Below, in pieces: positions 11,787-19,615 of a DNA stretch of 33,836 nucleotides (its first letter is position 1; each line of letters opens with the position of its first letter). This DNA is from Chloroflexia bacterium (lineage in GTDB: Bacteria; Chloroflexota; Chloroflexia; QHBQ01; JAICKM01), in the NCBI GenBank assembly GCA_035310405.1, contig DATGEF010000469.1, positions 1 through 33,836 of the forward strand, in the 5' to 3' direction. The position numbers and the translations under genes were made by a program. Under the pieces are notes generated by a model, which worked only from the letters and a program-made list of their open reading frames with translations, was not told the origin of the DNA and did not search any database.

Positions 11787-12415
11787 GCGCGATCGTCCCG
11801 CGGCGCCGCCGCGGCCGGCGGGCGCCCCAGCGGCCCGGCGCCGGTCCGGCTCCAGACCAGCAGCCCGCTGGCCACCCCGGTGAGCCCCAGGCCGGCCAGC
11901 CAGGCCACAGTGGTCAGCCACAGCAGGTCGTCCTCGCGCTTTTCCACTTCCCGGAGCGACCGGCCGGCGAGCACAAAGCCCGGCGCCGGCCCGGTCACGG
12001 GGGCGACCACGACGGCGCTGCGCACCCCCGCCTGCGGGTCCGGCGACCAGGTAAACCGGAGCTCGCCCCGCTGCCGGGCATCCGCGAAGACACCACTGGG
12101 CAGGATCGGCGGCCCGCCGTTGAGCTGCACCGAGGACGCAATCAGCCGGCCCTGGGCGTCGAAGATCATCAAGTAGGGGGCCAGACTCGCCGCCATATTG
12201 ACCTTGGTGGCTGGGATCACCGCCTGTGGCGTTTGCCCGCCGGCCAGGGCGGCGGCCGTATCTTCGGCGAGCTGAATCTGCGGGTCGTCGGCCCCCGCCC
12301 GTAAGCTATGTTGAGCCGTGCCATAGACCAGGCCGGCCACCATCGTCACCAGCACAAGGCCTGGCAGCCAGTGGAGCACGATCTGGCCAAGCGGAGAGGC
12401 AAGAATATTGCGCAT
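11783..12415 (-). CDS. Hypothetical membrane protein (N- and C-terminal TM helices flanking an extracytoplasmic domain)
   Basis: It is a 210-aa ORF with hydrophobic segments LHWLPGLVLVTMVAGLVYG and LLWLTTVAWLAGLGLTGVASGLLVW. Composition is host-like. I recognise no family motif. Confidence 0.7.
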   Translation of the reverse strand: MRNILASPLGQIVLHWLPGLVLVTMVAGLVYGTAQHSLRAGADDPQIQLAEDTAAALAGGQTPQAVIPATKVNMAASLAPYLMIFDAQGRLIASSVQLNGGPPILPSGVFADARQRGELRFTWSPDPQAGVRSAVVVAPVTGPAPGFVLAGRSLREVEKREDDLLWLTTVAWLAGLGLTGVASGLLVWSRTGAGPLGRPPAAAAPRDDRA

Positions 12416-12476
12416 GCGGCAATCTATCCTTCTTTGTGCGGATATCGGGATTCGCTAATATGAGGCCGAGCTATTC

Positions 12477-12528
12477 CGTCAGCCCGCGCAGGCGGGCTTC
12501 GTTTGCGTAGCTGCGGCTTCAGCCGCTG
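12477..12528 (+). repeat. REP-like double-hairpin element, copy 2
   Basis: It consists of AGCCCGC-GCAG-GCGGGCT (12481-12498) followed by GCGGCT-TC-AGCCGC (12513-12526). It is intergenic, between the membrane-protein gene and the PRC-barrel gene. Confidence 0.75.
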
Positions 12529-12707
12529 GGTTTCCTAGATCTGGATTCGATTGTAGCGCAAGGGGCCGGGGAAAGCGCGAGTTTGAGACCGGCAGACGAC
12601 GCACTCAAGTGCTTGACGGCGGGATCGCCCCGGCACGCAGCTTGCTCAACATCCAGGAACCGGCCCCCCTGGCGCGCCGGGCGGCGTGGGGCGCCCGGCG
12701 GCGATTC

Positions 12708-13394
12708 TCAGGGCTCGCCGGCCGGCGGGGTGCCTTCGGGCGGCCGGACTATGACGCGGGCGGCGTGGGGCGGCGGCGGGGTGACCGCCGGGAGGGCGCC
12801 CGGGTGGTCCGTAGTCGCCGGCGCGGTATCCGCATCCGGCCCGGGACCTTCCGCGGGAGCGGGCGTCAGCCTGGCGCCTCGGCTGTTCAGCTCGGCGGCG
12901 ACCTCGTCGGGCACGATCAGCAGGTCCTTGCCGAAGCGCAGCCCGGCCGCCGCGCCAAAGGTCTTCTGGGCGTGAGTCAGCTGGTCCCAGAAGCTACCGC
13001 TCATCTGGTAGCGGATAATCTGGTACTGTTCGGCATCCATCTCGATATCGCCGAGGGTGCCGAGCAAGACGCCGCCATGGCTCACTACTTTCATATCGAC
13101 CAGGTCGTCGAGGGTCGGCATCTCCTGGATCTCCGGGACTTCGTCGGCGCGATCATGCAGGAGGCTGCGGTCGTTGATCGTCACCGCGTCGGCGCCAATG
13201 CTGCGGATATCGCTGGCGCGCAACCACTTGGCGCCCCCCAGCAGACCCGTCTTCACTTTCAAGCCGAGCACCCGGCTGGTGGCGGGGTCGAAGATCACGC
13301 TATCGACGGTACCGATCTTTTCGGCCTGGGCCAGGCTGACGACCGCCCGGCCTTTGAGTTCACTGGCTTTGAGGGTGCTCACAGGGGCCTCCAT
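12708..13394 (-). CDS. PRC-barrel domain protein (two PRC-like repeats) with Pro/Ala-rich C-terminal tail
   Basis: The two repeats are LKGRAVVSLAQAEKIGTVDSVIFDPATSRVLGLKV and LVDMKVVSHGGVLLGTLGDIEMDAEQYQIIRYQM. Both fit the PRC-barrel pattern. The + strand ORF 12609..13469 is antisense. Confidence 0.7.
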   Translation of the reverse strand: MEAPVSTLKASELKGRAVVSLAQAEKIGTVDSVIFDPATSRVLGLKVKTGLLGGAKWLRASDIRSIGADAVTINDRSLLHDRADEVPEIQEMPTLDDLVDMKVVSHGGVLLGTLGDIEMDAEQYQIIRYQMSGSFWDQLTHAQKTFGAAAGLRFGKDLLIVPDEVAAELNSRGARLTPAPAEGPGPDADTAPATTDHPGALPAVTPPPPHAARVIVRPPEGTPPAGEP

Positions 13395-13483
13395 ATCATG
13401 ACTAAGGCTGGCTATAGGGCGGCGGGGTGCCGGGCCGCCGGAATCTCCGGGCCGTGCGGGATAGTATAATGCATGCCGGGCGC

Positions 13484-13512
13484 TTGTTCAACAGGCAGAG
13501 AGATGCTATAAT
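13484..13512 (+). promoter_or_regulatory. Putative promoter of the ECF sigma / anti-sigma genes
   Basis: It comprises TTGTTC (13484-13489), a 17-nt spacer ending in TGC, then TATAAT (13507-13512). This lies 49 nt upstream of the TTG start. A GAGGGAAG SD is at 13549-13556. Confidence 0.6.
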
Positions 13513-13560
13513 CCGCTTGCAGCGAGGATACCGGCGGCGCGGCGGGTAGAGGGAAGTTTT

Positions 13561-14187
13561 TTGGATCAACAGCAGCGAAATATCGAGGACGAGGACTTGA
13601 TTGCCCGCATGGCGGCGCGCGACCCGACGGCGCTGGCGGCACTCTACGATCAATATGATCGGCTGGTCTTCTCCTTCGTTTTCCACATCCTCAACGACGC
13701 GGCCTCGGCCGAGGAAGTCACGCAGGATGTGTTTTTGCGCGCCTGGGAAGCCGCCGCCAAGTTCCAGGTCGGGCGCGGCCGGGTCTCCTCATGGCTGCTG
13801 GCCATTGCCCACAACCGGGCGATCGACGAGCTCCGCAGCCGGCGCGCGCGGGGCGCCAAGGTGACGACCTCGTACGACCTGGCCACCCCCAGCGAGCTTG
13901 AGCAGGCCTTTCGCTCCAGCATGGGCGGCACGACGGCCGAGGATGCGCTCGACCCGCAGGAGGCGGCGCTCGGCGGCCTGCGGCGGGCGCGGGTGCTGGA
14001 AGCGCTCAAGCTCCTCCCGCCGGAGCAAAGCCGGGTGATTACCCTGGCCTATTATGGCGGCTTTACCCACCGCGAGATCGCCGAGCGGCTGCAGGAGCCG
14101 CTCGGCACCGTCAAGACCCGGCTGCGGCTCGGCTTGCAGAAGCTACGCAATTTACTGGCGGCCGAGATGCAGGCCAGCGAAATGTAG
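13561..14187 (+). CDS. ECF-type RNA polymerase sigma-70 family factor
   Basis: Region 2 reads LIARMAARDPTALAALYDQYDRLVFSFVFHILNDAASAEEVTQDVFLRAWEAAAKF...SWLLAIAHNRAIDELR. Region 4 reads LPPEQSRVITLAYYGGFTHREIAERLQEPLGTVKTRLRLGLQKLR. The TTG start is inferred because region 2 begins immediately downstream. Confidence 0.9.
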   Translation: MDQQQRNIEDEDLIARMAARDPTALAALYDQYDRLVFSFVFHILNDAASAEEVTQDVFLRAWEAAAKFQVGRGRVSSWLLAIAHNRAIDELRSRRARGAKVTTSYDLATPSELEQAFRSSMGGTTAEDALDPQEAALGGLRRARVLEALKLLPPEQSRVITLAYYGGFTHREIAERLQEPLGTVKTRLRLGLQKLRNLLAAEMQASEM

Positions 14188-14334
14188 GTCCAAATCTTAG
14201 AGCCTTGCGTATTAAAGGTAGATGATGGCCCTACCACCCCGGCGTGGCGGCCGCTGAGTGTTTCTTGCGCAATCAGGGCGCGATCATGACAGCTATGCAG
14301 CCGCCCAATGCAACGCGGGCGGGCCAGAAGGATC

Positions 14335-15156
14335 ATGAAACAGGTTAACTGCCAAGACGTTGAACCCTTGATCCCGGCGACCGCCGCCGGGGCCCTGGAT
14401 GAGGACGAAGCCCAGGCGATTCGCGCTCACCTGGCGATCTGTCCGCCCTGTGTGAAGCATTACCACGACTTCCAGCAGACCGTGGAGCAACTGGCGTATG
14501 CTGTCCCCCAGGTCCCGCCGCCCGCCGCCCTACGCGTCAAGATCCTGCAAGTGGTCACGACGACCGCGCAGCCGGCCCCCGCCCAGGTGCCGTCCCTGAT
14601 GCCGCTGAATGGGGCCCGCCCCGCTGGACGGGCCCGCCCGGATCGCCCCCAGCGCCCCCTCGCCACACTCTACCAGCAATTCGCCCCGGCCACGCTGGCC
14701 GCCTGCCTCCTCTTACTGATCGGCGCGGGGATCTGGATCGGGGTCCTCTCGGAACGGATGACCATGATGGAGCGGGGAGTGGCCCAGCAGCAGGCGGTGC
14801 GGGACCTGTTACACCAGCCGGGCGCGGAAATGGCGGCGCTCAAGCCGACCGCGTCCACGATTCCGGCCGGCGGCCAGGTGATCATGGCGCCCGGGCATCG
14901 CCAGGTGGCCGTGATGGCCGTACATCTGCCCCCGCCCGCGAATGGCCGGACCTACCAGCTCTGGATGCTCCAGCATGGCAACCAGCAGCCGGTGCCGGCC
15001 GGCCTGCTCTATGTCGACGGCGACGGCACCGTCATGACGATGGTCGACACGCCGTCCGACCCCGGGGCCATGGCCGGCGTGCGCATCACTGACGAGCCGT
15101 CGGCCGGCAGCCGGACGCCGACCGGCACGAACTGGCTGGAGGCCTGGTACCGCTGA
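14335..15156 (+). CDS. Anti-sigma factor (N-terminal zf-HC2, single TM, RskA-like extracytoplasmic domain)
   Basis: MKQVNCQDVEPLIPA...AIRAHLAICPPCVKHY carries the H-x3-C-x2-C motif. The TM segment is LAACLLLLIGAGIWIGVL. The C-terminal GRTYQLWML...PAGLLYVDGDG...ITDEPSAG is typical of RskA-like domains. I chose the ATG at 14335, which has a GAAGGA SD, rather than the track start at 14308. Confidence 0.85.
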   Translation: MKQVNCQDVEPLIPATAAGALDEDEAQAIRAHLAICPPCVKHYHDFQQTVEQLAYAVPQVPPPAALRVKILQVVTTTAQPAPAQVPSLMPLNGARPAGRARPDRPQRPLATLYQQFAPATLAACLLLLIGAGIWIGVLSERMTMMERGVAQQQAVRDLLHQPGAEMAALKPTASTIPAGGQVIMAPGHRQVAVMAVHLPPPANGRTYQLWMLQHGNQQPVPAGLLYVDGDGTVMTMVDTPSDPGAMAGVRITDEPSAGSRTPTGTNWLEAWYR

Positions 15157-15163
15157 GCGCCAG

Positions 15164-15190
15164 TGCGGAGTGCGGAGTGCGGAGTGCGGA
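15164..15190. repeat. Heptamer tandem repeat (TGCGGAG), about 3.9 copies
   Basis: The units are at 15164-15170, 15171-15177 and 15178-15184, with a partial unit at 15185-15190. The repeat lies in the convergent intergenic region just after the anti-sigma stop codon. Confidence 0.9.
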
Positions 15191-15213
15191 ATAGGCACGA
15201 CGGGAGATCGGAC

Positions 15214-15240
15214 GGGGCGCCAGGGGCGCCCCTTTTGATT
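15214..15240 (+). terminator. Rho-independent terminator between convergent genes
   Basis: GGGGCGCC (15214-15221), an AGG loop, GGCGCCCC (15225-15232), then TTTTGATT. Confidence 0.7.
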
Positions 15241-15248
15241 TCCTAAGC

Positions 15249-17417
15249 TTAACGGTTATGCAATCCACCCTCAGATTCGGGCGGTGGGGCGCAGCACATC
15301 GAGAGATAGCCGATCTTGGCGATCTGGCCGCGGGTGGCGTTGTTGTACGGGCGGAAGTAGGGGCGGCTGTGGCTGTCGCAGGGCTCGCCGATCCCCCCAC
15401 AGCTATAGCCCGAGATGATGCCGTGGTAGTAGGCCGTCTCCACGAAGGGGTAGAAGGCCGTGTTCGGCACGACGTCGGCGAAGCTGCCGAGCGGCGGGTT
15501 GACGACTCTCCAGCCCGCGGCCCCCACAGCGATCTTGCTCAGCTGGCCGCGCGTCACCTGGGTGTACGGGCGGAAGTAGGGCCGGTTGCGGCTATCGCAG
15601 GGCTCGTTTGGCTCCCCGCAGGTGTAGCCCGAGACGATATTGGCGGCAACTGCGGTCTCGATCACGCTGAAGAACGGGAAGGTCGGCGGCACGTCGGCGA
15701 AGGTGTAGCCCCCGCCGACCGGCGTGCTGACAACTTTCTGGAAGCCGAGCACGACGATCTTGACCATCTGGGCGCGCGTGGTGTTGTTGTAGGGGCGGAA
15801 GCTGAAAGTGCCGTCGCCATTGCGGTAGCCACTGATTACCCCATGACAGGCCAGATACAGCACCGGCCCATAGAAATAGTCCGTGGCCTGCACATCGACG
15901 AAGCTCAGCGGGCAGGGTGTAGGGCTCGGCCCGGCCGTGTTGGTCGGCGCGGTGGTGCGCGTGGCGCTGATCGGCGGCACGGGCGTAGTCGTCGCCGTGT
16001 TGGTCGACGGCACGGGCGTAGTCGTCGCCGTGTTGGTTGATGTATTCGTGTTTGTTGGCGTATCCGTTGGCGTAGGCGTTGGCGTGTTAGTGTTGGTTGG
16101 TGTATTCGTGGCTGTTGGCGTATTTGTGGAGGTCGGGCTGGGCGTGCCGCAGGGATCGGCATAATGTGCTACTAGCGTTTGGGAGTAGCCGCCGGCGCTG
16201 TAGTCGCCGACGCCCCAGATATTGTTAGCAGTTACCACCGCCACTCCCCGGAAAGCACTAAAGTTCCCCAGGTTGGGACTGGGCACAACCGTCCAACTGC
16301 TACCATCCCAGTGCTCGCTCAGTGTTTGGAATACTAAATTACCAACATAGGAGTAACCCAGAGCCCAAACGTCATTGGTTGTTACCGGCCCCACACTATA
16401 GAAGCGATTGCCAATTCCTGGATTAGGGCTGGACACCACGGCCCAACTCGTGCCGTTCCAGTGCTTGGTCAGCGCCTGGCTTTGGTTACCGAAGTTGCCG
16501 TTGTCTCCGACGGCCCAGACGTCGTCGGTCGCCACTACCGCCACGCTGTTCAACCCATCGTTGCCGATATTGATGCTAGGGCTGGGCACCACGGCCCAGC
16601 TCATACCGTTCCAGTGTAAGGTTAGCGTACCCCCGGCGCCCCCAACAGCCCAAACATCAGTAGCCGTTACTGCTGCAACTCCGTAGAGAAAGTTATTTCC
16701 TGCGCCAACGTTAGGACTGGGCACCACTGTCCAACTCGTACCATCCCAGTGTTCCACCAACGTTTGGGGCGCCAAGTTGCCATTTTCGTAATAGCCCACG
16801 GCCCAAATGTCAGTAGTTGCCACTGCAGCCACTCCATAGAGAGCGTTGCTGTTTGTTCCTGGATTGGGGCTGGAAACAACCGTCCAACTCGTCCCGTCCC
16901 AGTGCTCGGCTAATGTGCGGAACACAAAGTTACCGATATCGTAGTAACCAACGGCCCAGATATCATCGGCACTTTTGGCCGCCACTCCCGTGAGGATACC
17001 GAGATGGGGGCTGGGCACGACGCGCCATTGCGCGCCGTCCCAATGCTCCACCAGCGTCTGGTCTCCATTGCCATTATAGTAGTATCCGACAGCCCAAATA
17101 TCGTCGACGGCCACCACTGCCGCACCATTGAGGTAGTTGCCGGCCCCGCCAGCGTTAGGGCTGGCGACTACCCGCCAGGCCAAACCACAGGGCGGGATCG
17201 CGGTGGGGGTGGCGGTCGGTATGCTGGTGGCTGTGTTGGTGGCCGACCCGGGCGTCCTGGTGGCCGTGGCCGTGATTATCACGGCGGCATTGAGCTGGGC
17301 ACCCGTGCCGGGCGCGGGGAGCGCCGCGCGTGCCGGGCCGGCGAACGCTGGTCCGAGGCTCAGCAGCAGGAAGAGAGTGAGCAGTGCCCCTTGGTGGAGG
17401 TAATGAGGACGCATCAT
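15249..17417 (-). CDS. Secreted surface protein: signal peptide, seven roughly 45-aa propeller-like repeats, Thr/Pro linker and three C-terminal SLH domains
   Basis: The signal-like N-terminus is [20 protein letters not shown] repeat of the form D(I/V)WAVGYY...QTLVEHWDG(T/S)SWTVVPSPN occurs seven times. The linker is [30 protein letters not shown]. The three SLH-like units begin [52 protein letters not shown] and [27 protein letters not shown] 33-bp tandem duplication at 15976-16041 encodes [11 protein letters not shown] twice. Confidence 0.85.
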   Translation of the reverse strand: MMRPHYLHQGALLTLFLLLSLGPAFAGPARAALPAPGTGAQLNAAVIITATATRTPGSATNTATSIPTATPTAIPPCGLAWRVVASPNAGGAGNYLNGAAVVAVDDIWAVGYYYNGNGDQTLVEHWDGAQWRVVPSPHLGILTGVAAKSADDIWAVGYYDIGNFVFRTLAEHWDGTSWTVVSSPNPGTNSNALYGVAAVATTDIWAVGYYENGNLAPQTLVEHWDGTSWTVVPSPNVGAGNNFLYGVAAVTATDVWAVGGAGGTLTLHWNGMSWAVVPSPSINIGNDGLNSVAVVATDDVWAVGDNGNFGNQSQALTKHWNGTSWAVVSSPNPGIGNRFYSVGPVTTNDVWALGYSYVGNLVFQTLSEHWDGSSWTVVPSPNLGNFSAFRGVAVVTANNIWGVGDYSAGGYSQTLVAHYADPCGTPSPTSTNTPTATNTPTNTNTPTPTPTDTPTNTNTSTNTATTTPVPSTNTATTTPVPPISATRTTAPTNTAGPSPTPCPLSFVDVQATDYFYGPVLYLACHGVISGYRNGDGTFSFRPYNNTTRAQMVKIVVLGFQKVVSTPVGGGYTFADVPPTFPFFSVIETAVAANIVSGYTCGEPNEPCDSRNRPYFRPYTQVTRGQLSKIAVGAAGWRVVNPPLGSFADVVPNTAFYPFVETAYYHGIISGYSCGGIGEPCDSHSRPYFRPYNNATRGQIAKIGYLSMCCAPPPESEGGLHNR

Positions 17418-17441
17418 AGGGGAGACTCCAGGCCGTGCGCG

Positions 17442-19460
17442 TTATTCGATGGTGAACACGGTGGCCTCGCCGCCGTTGAGGGTGACGACGACCTGGCCGT
17501 CGGTGGCCGCGAAGGTGCTCAGGGCCGGCAGGTTGTTGTCGAAGTGCTGGGTGACCCGATGAGTAGCGCGCCAGGTGACCGGGCCGATGTTGACGCTGGC
17601 GGTCAGCGGCTCGGCGGCGTTGGCATTGACCACCAGCAGCAGGCCGCGCGTGCCCGTCCAGTAGAAGTAGGCAAACGCCTCGTGGTGTTTCAGCGAGTAG
17701 AAGTGGAAGAATTGGGGGCTCAGCAGATCCGCGTAGGTCCGCCGCAGGGCGCCCGCTGCCTGGAGCACGGGCACCAGGTCGTCCCGTCCGTTCCAGTGCA
17801 GGCCGCAGATGTCGAAAAAGGCGAGCTTGCCGTAGAAGGGGTCGCCCGGATCGAGCGCGTAGCGCGAGCCTTCCGGGTGATCGAGGCCGAGGTTCATCGG
17901 CTGGCGCTCGTAGATCTCCTGGCCGGCGTTGATGTAGGGCAGGGTATTGACCAGGAAATAGTTCATGATGCTATAGGCCCGGGCCAGTTGTGATCCGCCC
18001 GGCCGCATGACGGCGCGGGGCGAATCGGCGATCTCCGCGGCGGCCAGGATCGGCAGCACCAGGCGTGGCGCGTCCCACTCCACCAACCCCCAGAAGAGCC
18101 CCTGCTGGACCTGGTGCTCGGTCTGCCAGCTGTTGCCCAGGAAGGCATGATAGCCCGCCGCCTTGCTCTTGCGGTCGTTGGCCATCGCCAGCTCCTCGGC
18201 CAGGAAGGCAAACGCGGGGTCGGTGGCCGTCGCCGTGGCGATGATCCGGCGCTCCAGGCCCTTCGGCAAGGCGTGTCCCATATCCAGGCGGGCGCCGTCG
18301 ATGCCGTAGGTGCGCTGCCAGTGGGGGATGATGTTCAGGATAAACTCCCAGAGGCCGGCGTTCGGTTGCGTCCCGGGGAAGACGCTCGACTTGGCCACGT
18401 CGAACAGCATGTAGGGGGCTTGGGCGGCCGCGGCGGGCAGATATGCCTGCGACTCCGCCGGGTGGTCCATATAGAGGCGGAGGAAGGTCACGTCGTCCCA
18501 GGGCGGTTGGGTGTCGTTGATCCAGTCGCTGAACGCGGGCGGCGTGATGACCCCGAACTGCCGGGCGATCTGCTCCAGCACATCGGGGTCCTGGCCGTGG
18601 GCGGCGACGAATGGGGGCCAGGCCGCCGGATGCGTGGTCTGCGGGTCGGGCGCGAAGCGGGCGAGATGGGCCTGCACGGCAGGCTGCGCGTAGATCTGGC
18701 CCAGCGTCGCGCTGCGCGGCTGCTCGAAGCCGAGCCCGGCCACCGGCGGCGGGCCGAAGCTTGGCAGCTCCGCGGCCTTGATCCAGTAGAACCAGTCCGG
18801 GTGCTGCAAGAGCAGGTCGTTGTCCCGCGACGCGGTGCGCGGGATAAAGTCGAGCATCACGCGCAGGCCCAGGATGTGGCAGGCTTCGACCAGGGCCGCG
18901 AACTCGTCGCCCGCGGTCGCCGCCGTGCCCAGCAGGCTGTCGTGGTAGCTGGGCTCGACGTCGGTGAAGCTCTTGACGCTGTAGGGGCTGCCGACCTCGC
19001 CTTTGCGGTAGACATTACTGTATTTGGTCACCGGCAGCAGGTAGAGCGTGTCCACCCCGAACGATTGGATCTGGGGCAGGTAGGCAATGAGCTTGAGGAA
19101 AGTCCCGGTTTCCGTATAGGCGCCCCCGCTCCCGGCCGGGGCGATCTGGCCATCCAGGTCATGGTCGTAGGCGGTCGCCGAGCGGACGAAGGCGCCATAG
19201 ACCACCGCTTTGCTCAGCCACTCGGCATCGTTCTCGCCGCGCAGCGTCGCCAGCGAGCGGCCGTAGTCGGTGCGGGCCTCGGCGCGGGCGAGAATGCCGG
19301 CGAGCGCCTGCGCATAATAGGCGTAGGGATCGACCTGGATAATGCCGCGCTGCTCCGCCCGGGGGCCGACATAGCCGGCGGCCCACCGCGGCGGGATGGC
19401 GTAATCCGGCGACACGGGGCCATGGTGGGCCAAATAGTCATGCAATTGCGTTAGTTTCAC
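17442..19460 (-). CDS. Alpha-amylase-family (GH13-like) glycoside hydrolase
   Basis: Conserved-region-like motifs are GVDTLYLLPV, LRVMLDFIPRTAS, GIDGARLDMGHALP and FAFLAEELA. It has a GTG start with an AGGAGA SD 9 nt upstream. Confidence 0.75.
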   Translation of the reverse strand: MKLTQLHDYLAHHGPVSPDYAIPPRWAAGYVGPRAEQRGIIQVDPYAYYAQALAGILARAEARTDYGRSLATLRGENDAEWLSKAVVYGAFVRSATAYDHDLDGQIAPAGSGGAYTETGTFLKLIAYLPQIQSFGVDTLYLLPVTKYSNVYRKGEVGSPYSVKSFTDVEPSYHDSLLGTAATAGDEFAALVEACHILGLRVMLDFIPRTASRDNDLLLQHPDWFYWIKAAELPSFGPPPVAGLGFEQPRSATLGQIYAQPAVQAHLARFAPDPQTTHPAAWPPFVAAHGQDPDVLEQIARQFGVITPPAFSDWINDTQPPWDDVTFLRLYMDHPAESQAYLPAAAAQAPYMLFDVAKSSVFPGTQPNAGLWEFILNIIPHWQRTYGIDGARLDMGHALPKGLERRIIATATATDPAFAFLAEELAMANDRKSKAAGYHAFLGNSWQTEHQVQQGLFWGLVEWDAPRLVLPILAAAEIADSPRAVMRPGGSQLARAYSIMNYFLVNTLPYINAGQEIYERQPMNLGLDHPEGSRYALDPGDPFYGKLAFFDICGLHWNGRDDLVPVLQAAGALRRTYADLLSPQFFHFYSLKHHEAFAYFYWTGTRGLLLVVNANAAEPLTASVNIGPVTWRATHRVTQHFDNNLPALSTFAATDGQVVVTLNGGEATVFTIE

Positions 19461-19525
19461 GGCGCGATCTCTCCTGGGGCAAGGATGGGGCGGCGGCCGG
19501 CTCCTGCAGGGACCGCGCCCGCCCT

Positions 19526-19534
19526 ATTATAGCA
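19526..19534 (-). promoter_or_regulatory. Putative extended -10 element (TGCTATAAT) upstream of the GH13 gene
   Basis: The minus strand reads CTGCTATAATAG, 66 nt upstream of the GTG start. There is no convincing -35 element. Confidence 0.5.
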
Positions 19535-19558
19535 GAAGTGTCCCGGGTCTGCTGCGCG

Positions 19559-19596
19559 CCCCGACCCGCGCAGTTGTGTATTTGCGCGGGTCGGGG
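19559..19596 (-). terminator. GC-rich 13-bp stem hairpin downstream of the alpha-2-macroglobulin gene (no U-tract)
   Basis: CCCCGACCCGCGC (19559-19571), a 12-nt loop, then GCGCGGGTCGGGG (19584-19596). It lies 20 nt past the stop codon. No T-run follows on the minus strand, so terminator function is uncertain. Confidence 0.4.
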
Positions 19597-19615
19597 TTAC
19601 GGGGCGCCGCGCCGG

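Noticed and set aside
12609-13469. Plus-strand ORF 12609..13469 (286 aa), plus 12583..12975 and 13057..13401
   Set aside because: They are antisense to the PRC-barrel protein gene, which has recognisable repeats. The translations are Arg/Gly-rich.
15883-16164. Low-complexity repetitive DNA at about 15900-16170 as a possible CRISPR or minisatellite array
   Set aside because: It is in frame within the SLH protein gene and encodes a Thr/Pro/Asn linker. The repeats are irregular apart from one 33-bp duplication. There is no repeat-spacer periodicity and there are no cas genes. I saw no CRISPR array anywhere in the window.
17004-19454. Plus-strand ORFs 17004..17993 (329 aa) and 18114..19454 (446 aa)
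   Set aside because: The first crosses the boundary between two well-supported minus-strand genes. Both are antisense artefacts with Gly/Arg/Ala-rich composition.
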